This document shows positions 25,566 to 40,720 of a stretch of DNA of 64,000 bases, piece by piece. The stretch spans positions 25,296,001-25,360,000 of the forward strand of contig JAQFVV010000004.1 in NCBI GenBank assembly GCA_028023455.1. Direction: 5' to 3'. This stretch comes from Epiperipatus broadwayi (taxonomy: Eukaryota > Animalia > Onychophora). The first letter of the stretch is position 1, and each line of letters opens with the position of its first letter. Below the pieces are notes generated by a model. That model was not told the DNA's origin. It searched no databases and saw only the letters and a list, made by a program, of their open reading frames with translations. A program made the translations under genes and the position numbers.

Positions 25566-28049
25566 ACAATGATAACTATTGACAGCATGCATTTAATAGG
25601 AAAGAATTTATTACATGAAATTCTATTATTAAAAATAGTGTGCAGAATTATGTATATTCATATTTTAAATAATATTGTTATCACTCATTATTACTTATTT
25701 AAATATATAGTTTGAAATATCAGAAAAATGCAAACAACTTTTTGATGAATTTTGATTGAAACTAATTTAATTCACATGGCCTATTATTCACTTATCACAA
25801 TGTCATATTGCTAATATTCTTTTCTAGTTGATATTATAATTCAAGTTATGCATCTCTTTAATAGTTTGCATATATTTAGATAATATCATTATTACACTCA
25901 AATGCTTCATAAGTTAAAATTGTAATGAAAACTTTTAGGTTGAATACTTGTAGATTTGTTTTCTATTAGAGCAACAACATTTTGTCTGGATGTCATATGC
26001 TATCAATTGGTATCAGTCACTAATATTAATTTAATGATGCTAGGAGAGATTTTTTTGAAACAACTGTGCCATAATATTAAACACAGCAAACATATATGTG
26101 GTAAACTTAAAAACTTTATTCATATGCATGCAACTATACATTCTGACATTTGTAGATATAAAGTAATGATGCAAAGATTTCTGAAACTTTTAAATAATTT
26201 ACTTCTGCCATCAAGAAAAAAGTAGCCATCTAAGTCATATCATTTTCTACATTTTCTTTTCTTTCACCATTGTTGAACTTCTTCATATTGGTTAATTTGG
26301 TAACTATTTTTATGCTTTTTATTTTTAATATAAAAAATCCATTTTTCATTAAATTTTTATATTTTTGATAAATTTCATTAAATGTATGGCAAGGAAACAA
26401 AAAGAGTAATAAACAAAAATAAATAATTAAAGACTTTGTTTCAACTTTAAGGCTAAAAATACATTTTAATGGGGGAAAAAAATCATTCTTTATAAAATTT
26501 CTATGAGTAATACAAATAGAATATCTTCAAGTAATCAAAGTATTCTTTGAAATATTAAAATTCAATCTATAATTATAAAAAATAATAATAATGTTCTTGA
26601 TAGAAATCAATTCTTGTTTAATAGTAGGCAATTCCTGTTTGATATTAGTAAATTTTCATTTGATTAATGTTCTGCTGAAAATATTTATGTATATATTCAA
26701 ATAAAAGCTAAATATAAATATCATGCATTTATTGAGAAACAAATATTTAATTTTACAAATATAAAAATAAATAAATAAACAAATTATATATAAAGTTATT
26801 ATTATGATTTTAGCAAAACCAAAAATTGCACAATCATATTTTCTCATAATAATAAAACAATTGACCTTGAATTAACTTCACAGAAATAGATATTGGTATG
26901 TTGTTACTTTAATTAAAATAAACCAAAATACATTTTAGTTAAAATTTTTGCCATAAAATGAATACAAATCCATTAAATGAATGCAGTAGAAAATCATGAT
27001 TGAATCACTTTAAACCTGATTACTATGACTTCCATTAGATTATTGATCTAAAGGTATATAAAAAAAAATTTGTGTATAAAATTTAATTTTGTATTTTATT
27101 TTTTGTTTGCTTTTCTATTTTACTCTATGACTTATAAATGAACCAAATATCACTAAAGAGTGATTACTCCCTAGTTATATCAGTAATTACAACAAACCAC
27201 ATATTGTTTCTATTTATTTTGCTTCACTCTGTTTGCAAATTTGCTGTATCAATGATTATTTTTTACTATGAATCTATTTACTCTATTAAATTCAAATATT
27301 TCAATAAATTTATTATATTACCATGCAGTTAAAAATTATTAGTGTATATAACTCTTATTATAGACTTTAATAAAGTACAAATATTTTTATATCTTACATA
27401 AATGCTAATAAACTTTTTTGACCATTTTTTTCTTTTTACTCGATCTTAACATTTTAAAAATCTTTTATTTAATATAGACTTTATATATTTCCAACAAAAT
27501 ATAAACACTAGAATATTATTCTTATGCTTTTAGAATACATTTCAAATTAATGAGACATAAAATATTATACACATTATTATATTGTGTTTCCATTGAAATA
27601 TATTACCTGTAATTTATTTTTTGTTGCACATTTTATAAAACATACCTATCAAAATAATTATTTTTAAATAAATAATTAAATTTTTATATTTTATTTTATT
27701 TTTAAAAATTATTATATTTTATATAATTGTTAATATGAATTTAAATTTTTTAATAAAGTACTTATCTATTAATATTTTAATTTTTACTTAGGTATGATAA
27801 AGATCATTTATTGCATGCTAAGAAATATGCATCAATATGGAATTTCATTAGATATGCAGCAATAATTAAGACAATAGAATATGTATTGGAAAATTACAGA
27901 GAACTTTTAGTCCTGGGCAGATTAATATTTACTTCTAAATTTTTTTCAAAATGTTGCATTCTATGATGTATTTATTATTGAAAAACAATAAACCTCACTA
28001 TCAAATATAAATTTAAAGTGGAATCATGAAAGTTCAACAAATTGTTGAA

Positions 28050-29560
28050 AAAAACTTATACTGCTTATTATCCATTAATCTTGGTATATAATTACTAATT
28101 GCTAATCTTGCATAGGATTCAAAATGGTCATCTGCAAGACAGGAACAATATTATGATCTAATTATATTTATTAAATAAAAGTACAGCAATTAATATTAAA
28201 TGAAATATGACTTTTCTTTTTTTAAAAAAAAGGGAAACATTTCATTGTTCATTAGATTCCAAAAGTGATTAAGATTTGAACTATGAGCATTAAGATTTAA
28301 ATTATTTTTGGAGAATATTATTTTTCATCATGAACAAAAAAAAATGTATTTTTTATTTATTCACATCTTTTATATCATTAAGGCAACATAGGTATATAAA
28401 CATAACAACTGGTTCTAATCTACTCAATTTGTGAAACATTTCTTAAAATCAGAATTAAGAGTCATTATTCCTCATAATTTGTCTTCATTGATAGTACTTT
28501 TTTATAATAATTTATCTAAAATATTGAGATTTTTATAGATCATCAACTGACAGATATCAGCTTTAATCTGCATTGAAAACATTAACATTTATAATTATTT
28601 GAGCAATTGTTTTATTTCTTCCTTGCAATTATAAACTCCATTTATTAATTTGTTACAATGAGAATTAAACCCATGAATCAAACATGATCATTAAATTTAA
28701 CCCATGTTTCATTTCTTGACTTCAAAAAATCCCCTTTGTATCTTGTAAATCTTTTAAATCTTTGTAAAAATATATCCAGATTTAACTAAGAAACAGGTTT
28801 ATGATCTAACAATTCTGCATACTCAGATTTCATAATTTTTTTTATGAAGATTCACATAAAAAACACATTCAGAATTTTTTCTGAGAGAGACTGTTGATGA
28901 ATAATGCAATAAGATGAAAAAAAATATGGAAAATCATGGTCTCTGAAAAACATAACCAAAATCATTTGATTTTCTCAGTCAGGGAGGATATCTCAACAGT
29001 TATTATTATTACAATTTTGTAAATTAGAATGATTTTATTGACTCTATAATTTTGAAATCCCAGTAAGCATTTTCTTTTTATGTTTTCATTTTTAGAAGTA
29101 ATATAATTAATAGTTTTTCTTTCACAGTCAAGTTTTTAAAAAACATTCTTATAAAAATACAAACTTGAAAAATACCAATTTTGTTAGTGGCTTATCAAAT
29201 TTCAAAATAAGTACCAATTTCCATATATTATAGGATAGTTTTACATCTTTAATTGCAGAAATAATTTTATTTTTTAATGAATTAATTTTCACAGAATTGA
29301 TTCTTTTGTCATTTCTCCATCTGTAAAATATTTATTGTTTTACTAAGACATGGCGACATAATATAATGCAGGTGCTGCTGTTTAAGATTTAATTATGGAT
29401 TTAATAAATAAATTATTTTAACTATAATTTACTATTTTAATGGATAATCTGTATAAAACATTAATGCATGCTTTTAAATATTTTTCATAGTTATCTTTTT
29501 TTGGAGGCACTTTACTTGCATAATATATATATTATTATTATTAAAAGGAAGTTGCCCTTG
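28050..29560 (-). pseudogene. Degraded hAT transposase (Charlie/SPIN/GTF2IRD2-like)
   Basis: Motifs in order: FTDGEMTKE; AIKDVKLS; QVCIFIRMF; YCIIHQQSL (CxxH); SEYAELL; LQGRNKTIAQ; LADDHFESYARLAISNY. Confidence 0.78.
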
Positions 29561-30929
29561 ACAACAGTTTGAAATTATTGATTATTATCTATATTGGTAT
29601 TGTCTAAGTGTTTACTGGTTTCTAATGGTTATATATATAATACACATTGTCAAGAATACATGTTGTTTTCCATCTGTATTATTTGTATTTTGTTAGTATT
29701 TATGCAGATGTTGTGCCTAATTTTTAAAATACAATAAAATATTATTTTTACTGTGATAAAATGCTTATATTAGGAGTAATAATTATGCATCTGGCACAAC
29801 AAAAAACAATATTACCTCACATTATTCCAATAATTATTTTTGCTGGTCATTTTGGTTATTCCAAGTCATAGAAATTAATGCACATGAGTAAATGATAAAG
29901 CAATTACAAAACTTGGACATATTTTAACCTGAATAAAATTACTTTAAAATGATTCAAAAGTAAGCACTCTCAAAAATTAATCTATTATTAATTTTTATCA
30001 AAGCACTTTGAATTGACAATTATAGTGTTTACTTTAATTTAGGGAGTCATTCCAAAATTTCTTGATTACACACAAATGACTCTTGATCAACTTCTTATCT
30101 ATATTCATGGTCTAGATAATAAAGTGCAGTTGAACAAAATGCATTCTAAGTGGCATTAATGTTACTTTTAAATGGGCACAGCCTTATGTCTAAATTTAAT
30201 ATGTAGAAAAGAAATTAATTTAAATTTTCACAAAATATAAGTATTTGAATAAAAATAAGTAAAAATCAAACAGATTAAGTTTATCAGTGATATACTTGTC
30301 CTTATTAAATTTAAAATCTATATCAAAAATTATATAAATCTAATAATTTCTAACATAATAAAAATGAGTGAAAATTATAGAAATATATCTGAAAATGTAA
30401 TTGTTGTGAATAGGTGCATACTAAGAAATACACGAGTGTAGTAAAAACTGGTGACTTAACATTCATATATATTGAGAGAATTCTTATCATATAATAGACA
30501 TAAACAATACCACATAAAAATAATGAAAAATATTTTTTAAATAGAAAAAACAAGAATGTATAGTAATATTAATTGATAAATGTATGTTATATATTGGATT
30601 TTAGATATAATAAAATTGTGAACTCAGTTTGGCATCTGATAAGGGTTTATTTTGATAGCTAACTTATTAAAAACTATTTTAATCTTATATTTTTTACATT
30701 TTACTTTATGGTTGTAAAACCAGAAGATTAGAATTAAACATGAAACAAAATTAATAAAGTAATGGAAGAATTGTAGAAGTAAATAGAAAGTCAGTATCAA
30801 GCAGTAACAGAAAAAAACTCAGTTCGGCTATAATAAAGTTAAATATAATACTAATAAACTTATATAAAGTGAAATGACATATCAGGAAAAGAGGATGAAT
30901 TCTAAAGGAGAATACAATTTTATGAGGAT

Positions 30930-31874
30930 CATCATCATCATCAACCATTATCAGTCCACTGCAGGATGAAGGTCTCTCCAAGTTTAATCCATCTTCTCTG
31001 ATCTTTAGCTTCTCTTTTCCACAACACCCCTGCACATTTTCTTATTTCATCCATCCATCTCACATGTGGTCTCTTTCTGGGTCTTTTACAATCTCTTGGA
31101 ATCCAGTTTAAAATTTCAATTGTCCATCTATTATCATTTCCTCTAGCAATATGTCCAGCCCAACTCCATTTCAATCTTTTAATTTTTTCAATAAGGTCAG
31201 TAACACCTGTTTGTTGTCTTACCCATACATTGCGTTTTCGATCTCTTCTTGTTACTCCCAACATACATCTCTCCATACTCATTTGAGTGGTCTGAAGTCT
31301 CTGTATTGCTCTTCTATTAAGTGTCCAAGTCTCAGATCCTTAAGTAAAAGTGGTAAAACACATTTGTTAAAAACCATTCTTTTCAAACACATAGGCATAT
31401 TTCCTTTTAGTATCAAGTTATTTCTACCAAAAGCACTCCAACCAAGTTTAATTCTATGATTAATTTCCTCCATTATGTTTCCATCTGTATTAATAATCTG
31501 ACCTAGGTATTTGTAACTGTTAACTTCTTCTAATTCTTCATAATCAATTTTTATTTTCATATTTTGAGCAAATCGATTAAACATTACTTTAGTCTTTTTA
31601 ACATTTATCTTTAGTCCTACTTTTCTACTTTCATCTGCTAACTCCTGCAACATTTCCTGCAGCTCTGAAGCATTACTTGCAAAAACAACTACATCATCTG
31701 CAAAATCTAAATGACTTAAATACTCTCCATTTACTTTCATTCCTTTAGTTTCCCATTTTAATCCACAAAATACTTCTTGCAGCACTGCTGTAAAAAGTTT
31801 TGGAGATATGGAGTCACCTTGCCTTACACCTTTCTCAATGTTGATTTTTCCAGTATCATTATGTAATCTAATTG
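30930..31874 (-). mobile_element. RTE LINE, 5'-truncated young copy (RT C-terminal half)
   Basis: GVRQGDSISPKLF; HLDFADDVV; YKYLGQ; WSWAGHIAR; (GAT)n tail; 11-bp TSD TTTATGAGGAT (30919-30929, 31875-31885). One frameshift near 31280. Confidence 0.95.
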
Positions 31875-34800
31875 TTTATGAGGATACAAGAAATAAAATG
31901 TGTCAAAAATATTTAAATTTGAGTTAGGGCAATATATAAAAAAAATTAAGTAAAATATTGCAGAAAAAACTCCTAATAGTAATTTATGAAAAAATGCTAG
32001 AAAATTTTGAAATGATTCGTGGCTGATGATGGTTTTATTTTTACTTTTACTGGATTAAAATCAGTGTGAAAAATCAAGTTTAAAATGAGACATTAAAAGT
32101 AAATCTTGATAACATTTTAGTCAAATGATTTGAAAGTGTAAGATTAAATTCTAATAAAAGTATTTTTGGAGCCAGAGATTAGGATTAACTTTGTAAAATT
32201 TTATCTCTACTGATCTAATACCTAAGGGATTTGTTAAGTCAATTTCAAGACTAATAAGTGGTAGTCAGCAGAATACTAATCAAATGTTGCAATGTAGCTG
32301 CTTCTCTAAATTGTAATATAATTGTTTGACAAGTTAACCACTATGGCACTGAAGTGAATTATTATCCAAAATGTGTTTTTCATTTTACCTAGAAGAGATC
32401 ACTAACAATAAAACATATAAAGCCATATAATTTACCAAAATTAAGTATTCACCACCAAACTTTTTCACATTTAGCCAAATGCATTAAACTTGTTACTTAA
32501 ATACAACTTTTTTAATGGCATTAGATTTGATTAAGTGTTTATTGAAATAATTTATATGTAAAAAGAGATCACTGTTTAAAACAGATTAAAAAAAACAGGT
32601 TAAAATTCCACTTAATAAATTAACTTTTTATTTTAGAAAATGAATTACGTTGTAAATATGATTAAATAACTATTTGTAACTAATGATTTCCTTATAAGAA
32701 CAAATATCCAATGTAGAAATTAAAATCAATTTTATAAAGGTTTTAATTCAGATGCAAATTTATAAAAATTTGAAGAAGAATGTGTGTGGGAATAAGTATA
32801 AATGTACAGTTATATAATTTTATTTTAACTTCCTTGTTTTCTATAATAACTCTACATATGAATGTTAGCATGTCTGTTAAAATTATATATATACTGTAAT
32901 CTTAAGATCTGCATGCAGATATTATGTTTATGTATTATGATGGTATAATTTTTAAGAAAAATGATATTTTCTTTTAAGTAAGTCAGTGTGCATATAAAAC
33001 ATAGTAAATCATTTACTTTATTAAGTTATTAGTTAAAGTAACTGATATTATACTATAATATTTGATGACAAGTTTAAACAAAATAAGTTAATTATTTTAA
33101 AGTATAAGTTTATCTTAACTTCTGTAGTTATAGATATTTTAAAACCATAAATTTAATCTTATCAAGATATAGTTTATTGTTATCTTAAAATGCAATTGCA
33201 GTATATATTAAATGTAGCTTAGATATTGTTTATTAAATATTAGCTTTAAAACTATTATTTTAAATAGTTTAATAATGTTCTACAATTTTCTATAAGGCTA
33301 AAAGTTAGTTGTAAGTTATTTTAAAACAATTGTAATTTTAGATATTTAATATTTTAAGTCTTTCATGTGTGTGTGCATGTGTAACATTGGCTTTGACTAG
33401 AATTAAAACTTGAAAAGAAATTGCTTACATTTCAATTTCCTTGCTTAAAAGAATTAAGAATTGTTATTATATTTTTCTGTTTAAAAAATAAAAAATCTCT
33501 ATTGTGATTTTTCAACAAGTATTATTTTAATTTTTGAAAACTTTTAAAAGATTAAATAAATGTATTGTTTTGCAATATTTAATTATTATTAAATAATGAA
33601 TATAAATTTATTAAGTAATTTTAGTTTGTTTTGTCTAAAATTCCAGACAGTCTATTAAAAAGAAAGTTACTTTTAGAATCTTTTACTTAACTAATTTGAG
33701 GTTGAATTAATTAACTAATTATTTAATGTCCTAATTGTCAATAATTGTTTTTTCTATAGTGCTGATTTACCTATGAAAGTATTTGACCATGTGTGTTTAC
33801 ATTATTTTTTTTTATTAATTTTTTTATACCTTCATTAGTCTCATAATTGATTTAATTTATTTATTATTTTGAGCCATGAATGGAAAAGTTAAATAGCAGC
33901 TTGGACCTCCTGATTCGGTCCTCTATCTCATTATGATTTCTGCAATAGTATATACTAAGGAAATTCTTAAAATAACTTGTTATTGTTGGAAGGAAATAAT
34001 AAACTGCCATATAGCTATATTGTGACAGGAATTCTCACAGAGGTATATAAAATTATATTGATATAAATTATTAATTAACTTTCGACCTATTGTTTATTCA
34101 TGCTCAAAGTTTATTTGAAATTGTCTACTGATAATTTTGAATACCAGAACTGTGCTTATCTATTTGAATAACTTGCTAAGTTATATTTTACACCTAATTA
34201 TAAACTGTATACTCCCTTATTATAATTATTTACAAGTGTTCTCATTAAACTAAACCTTATTTATAATAAGATTTGAACTGTTCTAACAGGCAGAATAGTG
34301 TAATATAATGGAAGCAACAATAAAATAATAACTATGAAAATTTAAGATGCATTTACTTTATTACAGAAATAAATTATTTTTGTATCATTCTGTCTTCATA
34401 ATTTAAAAATGATATTCATGAAAAATAGCATTGTATTAATTTTAGGATAAATGAAATGTTTATTTTAATGTCTAAAATTGAAAAATGGAAATATTGCATT
34501 TTCAAAAATTATATCTCATTTTAAATATATCATAAAAGGATTGAGTTTCTGCTTGTGTATTTTATCATTAGATAAAATATATGTGTGGAAATATATTACT
34601 TAATATTGAAATATTTTTGCATGCTTTAAAAATAAAACTAAATATTCATGCTAAAATATACTTTATTTTATGTAAATATTTTTACTTATTAAAGATAAAA
34701 TGAACCATGTGCTTTCTATAATATATTATTGTATAAACTTCATATTGCTTGAATAATACTGTGTGCATTTATTACTTTGTTATTTATAGAGTTTACATTT

Positions 34801-35399
34801 TGCTTCCTATAATTTTTTATCATTTTAAACTTCCATATTGCTCTAAAGAAAATGATATAAATCTCATATTGCTTTAAATAGTATTGTGCTATTTTTTTTA
34901 TCCTGAATGGCTTTAAAGTTGAGTCAATGTTTAACTCAATTGCCTCAGATTTTGACTAATTATTTTTGACTATAATATTTAAATATTCAAAATATTTTAT
35001 TAAAACATTTTACACTTTTATACTCAATACTTGATACTGGAAATAATCCAATATATAAATACAACTAAAATACTATCATCACAAAATTTCAGAAAATCAC
35101 TTTATTAGAGTTTATGTTGTTGATCTTTAAATAGTATCCATGGTTAAGATTATTTATGTGATATGAGTATGAAAAAAATTCTTTTCCTACTCGTATTATC
35201 ATAAATGTCATCCTAGATATTGCAAAAGAACAGTCATTAATAAATATTAGTCTCATCATTACTAGTTAAAATTAAAATTATTTATTGTATTAGAATACAG
35301 ATAATATATTATTCACTAGATTATGTTCATTTATAAGATCAGAACCTAAGATAAAGAATATAAATAGATTTATTTAGTGGAGAATCTTTATTAATAACT

Positions 35400-36620
35400 T
35401 TGAGATTAGAAAATACAGATTTATCATGTATATTTAATGATAGCAACCTGTTATCCACCTTACCCAGTTGAATGTGTTGAGATCAGTGTGAGAACTGTGT
35501 TATGTAAGGTTACAATATATATATGTAATTACATGATATCAATATATGAAAACAAAATTTTATAAAAAGATATTTATGAAATTGCTATATATATTTGATA
35601 CATAGATGATGTGTTTATATATGGTAAAAAAGAGACTATCACAAATTTATTTAATGAACTAAATAATATAAAAAATTTACAATGAATTAAAACAGATGAA
35701 GAATTAATATCAGTAAAATTTTCTGATCTTAAAATAACTTGAAATATAAATAATTTGGATTATTGCATGTTAATTAAACCTATTGAAAAGAGAGGATATA
35801 TTTCATATACTTCAATGGTGCCATTATCACATAAATTATCAGATTTAAAGTCCTTTTTGTTTCAAAATAATAAACTTTGCAAATATATATCAGATAAAAA
35901 AAATTATAAATATATTTACTAATGAATTATTGGATATTAGTTATGATTATAATATTATTTATAATACAGTTAAAAATTATAATAAAAAATTGAACAATAT
36001 GAAAATTGAATCTATGAATAATAAGAAAGTATGGATATCAATACCTTTTATTTCAAATCAACAAGTAAAATTTATAAATAAAATATATAAAAACATATGT
36101 GAAACTGCATTTTATGCACCTCCTAATTTAAATAAGTTAATAAATAATTCTAAGATGAGCCAAAGTTCTATAATATACAAATGAATATGTGAATGTGGAA
36201 ATGCTTGCATTGGTAAATCACATTGTACTTTAGATAAAATAACTAGAGAACATGTACTGTTATTAAAAAGAGTTCAAAAATCTAAACAAAATAATACTGA
36301 AAATAATGATAAATCACCATCATTGTTGTATGATCATAATACAAAATGTAATTTTGGATTTGATTTTAGTTATAAAAATATAAAGATATTATGTATTGAA
36401 AGAAATAATCACAAATGAGAAATAAAGGAGGCAATGTTGATATACAGATATAAAAAATGCTTAATAAATCAACAGGCAGAAAATGTAAAAATGAATGAAT
36501 TATGGGAAAGCTAAAAATAGAAAGTGATTGTTTTTGACATACCTTATATAGTTTTAAACTTAGTTGACAAAGACTACTTAGATAGTTGAAAGCTTGGATT
36601 AAAGTTTGAATTTATATTAC
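35400..36620 (+). mobile_element. Penelope-like element C (divergent family), RT C-terminus plus GIY-YIG
   Basis: YIDDVFIY at 35599; IPFIS; IIYK*ICECGNACIGKS...REH; IKEAMLI. Terminal HHR-like motif. Confidence 0.75.
36564..36597 (+). ncRNA. Hammerhead-like motif, U3-A8 variant
   Basis: TTGACAA core, stem GACTA/TAGTT, then GAAAGCTTGG with the palindromic AAGCTT. Confidence 0.4.
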
Positions 36621-36879
36621 TATATTTGTTTTATTATTTGAATATAAAGTTATATATATAAATTAAAGGAATACAGACATCAATGAATATATATATAATT
36701 GAAATAAAAGTAACTGTCCCTTCCAATGAGTTATGTAATGTAAATAAACTATTAAAAAAGAGTGATATCACCTGTTCTTTAGTATTTGGTAGTATTTATG
36801 CTTAGTCTATTTATGTAATTTTAAAAGAAAGTGAATTTGAGAAAATAAATCATATTTACTCTCTCATTAAACATTATAT

Positions 36880-38070
36880 AGATAAACTAAACATAAACAA
36901 GCTTTAAAGAGCAGATGGTCTCACTTTGTCTTTAAATAGTTTATTTTTCTTAAATTTATGCTCTCGTTTAAAATTATGTAAATAAGCTAAGCATAAATAT
37001 AAACAAATGCTAAATTACAGATTGTATGGTCATCTTTAATAATTTATGTACATTACTTAACTCATCAAAAGGCAGTTACTTCTATTTCAGTTACATATAG
37101 ACTGAGTTATAATTATTTATTATTACAATTATATATATCATAATCATCACCATTTTCAAACACTGTCAATCCACTTCAGGATGAAGATCTCTCTGTGCTC
37201 AATTTATTTTCTCTGATTTCTAACCTTTCTTCTCCACATCACCCTATTACATTTCTTTATTTTATCCATCCACCTTACATGTGGTCTCTGTCTAATTTTT
37301 TTACAATCCCTTGAAATCCAGATTAAGATTTCAACTGTTCATCTATAATCATTTCTTCTAACAATATATACAGCTCAATTAAGTTTCTTAATTCATTCAA
37401 TGATGTTAGCAATATCCTAATTTGTTCTCTTATCCCCATATTTTATTTTCAACCTCTCCTTATTACCTCTAACATAATCTCTCATTTAAAATTATAACTA
37501 AGCATGTAAAGGACAAGCGATGCCACTCTTTCTTGAGTTTATTTCTCTTAAAATGCTCTTTCCTTTAAGTGTGTTTATGAAAATAAAATAAGCATAAATA
37601 GCAACAAATGCTAAAGTACATAAAATGCCATTCTACCTTTTAATAGTTTGTTTGCATAACTTAATTCATTTCACTTATATATAGTCTGAATTATAATTAT
37701 TTATTATTATAATTGTACATATTATCATCAATTCACATTCAATCCATCTTTTCTGATCTCTAGCCTCTCTTTTTTACATCATACCAGCACACTTTCTTAT
37801 TGCATCCATCTTTCTCACAAGTGCTCTCTTTCTAGGTCTTTTACAATCTCTTGAAGTCCAGTTTAAAATTTCAATAAACCACCTATTATTATCTTTTCTA
37901 GAAATATGTCATGCCCAATTCCACTTCAGTCTCTTAATTCTTTCAATGATATCAGTAACCTCTGTTTCTTCTCTCACTCTTATATTTTATTTTTGATCTC
38001 TTTTTGTTACTTCTAACATGATTCTTTCTCTACTTTTTTGAATCACCTGAGGTCACTGTTTTGCTCTTTT
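36880..38070. repeat. About 600-bp old tandem duplication containing an RTE 3' end plus its flank
   Basis: AAGCATAAATA, CAAATGCTAAA and AATTATTTATTATTA recur about 600 bp apart. Each unit is followed by an RTE 3' end. Confidence 0.6.
37138..37480 (-). mobile_element. RTE 3'-end fragment (duplicated unit)
   Basis: Homologous to 30930-31270. Confidence 0.8.
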
Positions 38071-40170
38071 GTTAAATGTCCAAGTCTCAGTTTCATAAGT
38101 GAGAACTGGTAACTCATTTATTAAAAACCATTCTTTTCAAACACATAAACATATTTCCTTTTAATACTAAATTATTTCTATCAAAATCACTCCAACCAAG
38201 TTTAATTTTGTGATTAATTTCATCCTTGTATTTCCATCCAAAGTAATAATCTGGCCAAAATATATGTAATTTTTAACTTCTTCTAACTCATTATAATCAT
38301 TTTTTTTCTTTTGAGCAAATTTACTGAACATCACTTTAGACTTTTTAACATTTACCTTTAATCATATTTTCTTACTTTCATTTTTATAACTTTTGCAACA
38401 TTTCCTGTATCTCTGAAACCCTATTTACACAGATACCTACATCATCTGAAAAATCTATATGATGTAATAATCACCATTTATTTTAATTCCCTTGGTTTTC
38501 CATTTTAATCCACAAAATACTTCTTTCAAAATTGCTCTAAAACATCTTGAAGATATGGAGTCACTCTGTCACACACTTCTCAATGTTAATCTTTTACGTA
38601 TTATTATGTAATATTTGCTGTTGTATTTTTATAAATATTCTACAGAGAATATCCTGGGTTTACATCTTGATTCAATGCTTTAATTACTGAAGAAATAGTT
38701 ATTGATTCAAATGCCTTTTTGTAATATACACATCCAAAGCTTAATGGCAACTCATATTTGTTGGTCCTTTCTACAACTTTTCTCAATACTTGGATGTCAT
38801 TCACTATACTAAAATTACGTTTAAATCCAACTTGTTCTTTTGTTTTTTTTTTAAATTCAAAGTTCACTCTAGACAAGTTGTAATTATTTATGTAAAACTT
38901 TTAAATAGAATGGATTAAAAACTGATAGGTCTGTAATTTCTAATATTTCTTAATCATCTTTTTTAAATATTACTATTACTATTTTATTCTTTCAATGACT
39001 TGTCCTTTATCATTTAGATATTTGGTATATTATTTTGCCAAATTTTTTTCTATTTACTCTCCCACTTTTTTTAAGATATTGATTATAATTCTATCATTAC
39101 CTAGATCTTTTCTTTTCTTCATAAATTTAATTGCAGTCTCATTTCTTTATTTAAAATTCTGGGCAATTCAGAAGATGAAGTAGTAGTAGGAGATACATTT
39201 TCTTGTTTGTTATTACTATATAATTCTTGATAGAACTTTTTTACAGATTTCATGATATCTCTCTTTTTGGCAATATTTCCATCTTTTTTTCTTATTGCAG
39301 AAATGTTTCCTACCAATACCAAGATATTGTTTTACAATTTTCTACAACTTTCCTTGCTAATTCACAAATATACTGTCTTATATCATTATCAACTCTTTTT
39401 CACATCATTTTACAAAATTTGAAATATTCAATCCCTTTTAGTGCATCATTTTTATGTATGTTCATATTCCTTTCTTTATAAATTGTCATGACTCACTAGA
39501 AATTCTACTGATCAATTGTTGCTTTTCTTTGTACCACCTAATTTGTTGAGTTTTTAAAAGTGTATCAGTTGTATCAGTTACTTTTCTATTCATTTTATTC
39601 AAACTTGAATTATGTTCAAAGTCTGTTCATATTTAAAAATGATTTACAATTTCTAATTTAAATTATTTAGAATGTTTCTGAAGATGAGGAATACCAACTA
39701 GAAATATTGGTTTTTTAAATAATTTTTGTCTCTCTAGTTTTGCATTAGCATGTATCTTTCATCTCACTAATTGATGATCATTTCTCATGCTGAATTTAAT
39801 AAGAATTTTACAATTTTGAAATATGTATTTTCTGTTAATCAAAATATAATCCAATTCTGCTGTACCTTCATTTAAATGCTTTCATGTACATTTCCATTTA
39901 ACATTTTTTTCAAGAGGAGAATTTAAGACTTCTACAAACTCCACAAATTTATGACCTCTCTCATTACTATCACCATAATTAAATTTACCTGCAATACTTT
40001 CATCTTTCATTTGTTTACCAATTATACCATTAAAGTCTCCCATGACAATAATAAAATGTTGTTTTGTCCAATGAAAAATCTTTTTTACATCCATATAAAA
40101 ATCCTATATTTCTTTCATTATATACATATATGGTTCTCTATTCAAATTTTAAGGTTAAAGTTTTACCTCA
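37720..40170 (-). mobile_element. RTE LINE, long degraded copy (endonuclease to 3' end)
   Basis: IIVMGDFNG (APE); GFKRNFSIVNDIQVLRKVVERTNKYELPL; continuous homology to 30930-31874. Confidence 0.9.
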
Positions 40171-40570
40171 AACCATAAAAAAATTTTTTTTATTCATAAT
40201 GTTCTAGAGATATTTAACTCTTAAAACCACTACTACTAAATCATCAACTTTATTATTCACAGTTAACTACTATTATTACATTATCAAAATCAACTCTAAT
40301 CTAAAGTTTATTATACAAAAAATAAATAAACCCAACTTATTTTGTAATTTTTATCATGTATATTTAGTTTAAAGAGAATAGAGGTTATAGACTACATGCA
40401 TTATAAGTTCCTTGCATTACTTCAGATGTGAAGAGCATAAATGTATTCCCCCAACCTGACTTTTAATCTGGAAAGGATTTTGAAAATATCACATTATTTT
40501 CTTGCTTTTAAAGTTGGTTGAAACTTGAAAATAAGTTATCTTTTACTTTCTTTCAGTTTCAATACAACTT

Positions 40571-40720
40571 ATTTAAACTTTTGGTTATTACTCATTAATT
40601 CTAAAATTTATCATATTTATATCATAATAAATAAATTAATTGCTTGTTAGATTTGATGTTAGTTTCAAGTATAATCAAGATAAATTTTAAAATTAATGAG
40701 TAATAACCAAAAGTTTAAAT
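40571..40720. mobile_element. Small TIR element (MITE), TTAA-flanked, piggyBac-like
   Basis: About 42-bp inverted arms ATTTAAACTTTTGGTTATTACTCATTAATT.../...AATTAATGAGTAATAACCAAAAGTTTAAAT. TTAA at 40573-40576 and 40715-40718. Confidence 0.62.

Noticed and set aside
27791-27937. Plus-strand open frame YDKDHLLHAKKY... after a TAG acceptor
   Set aside because: No good donor and no recognisable family. It lies next to the hAT 3' end.
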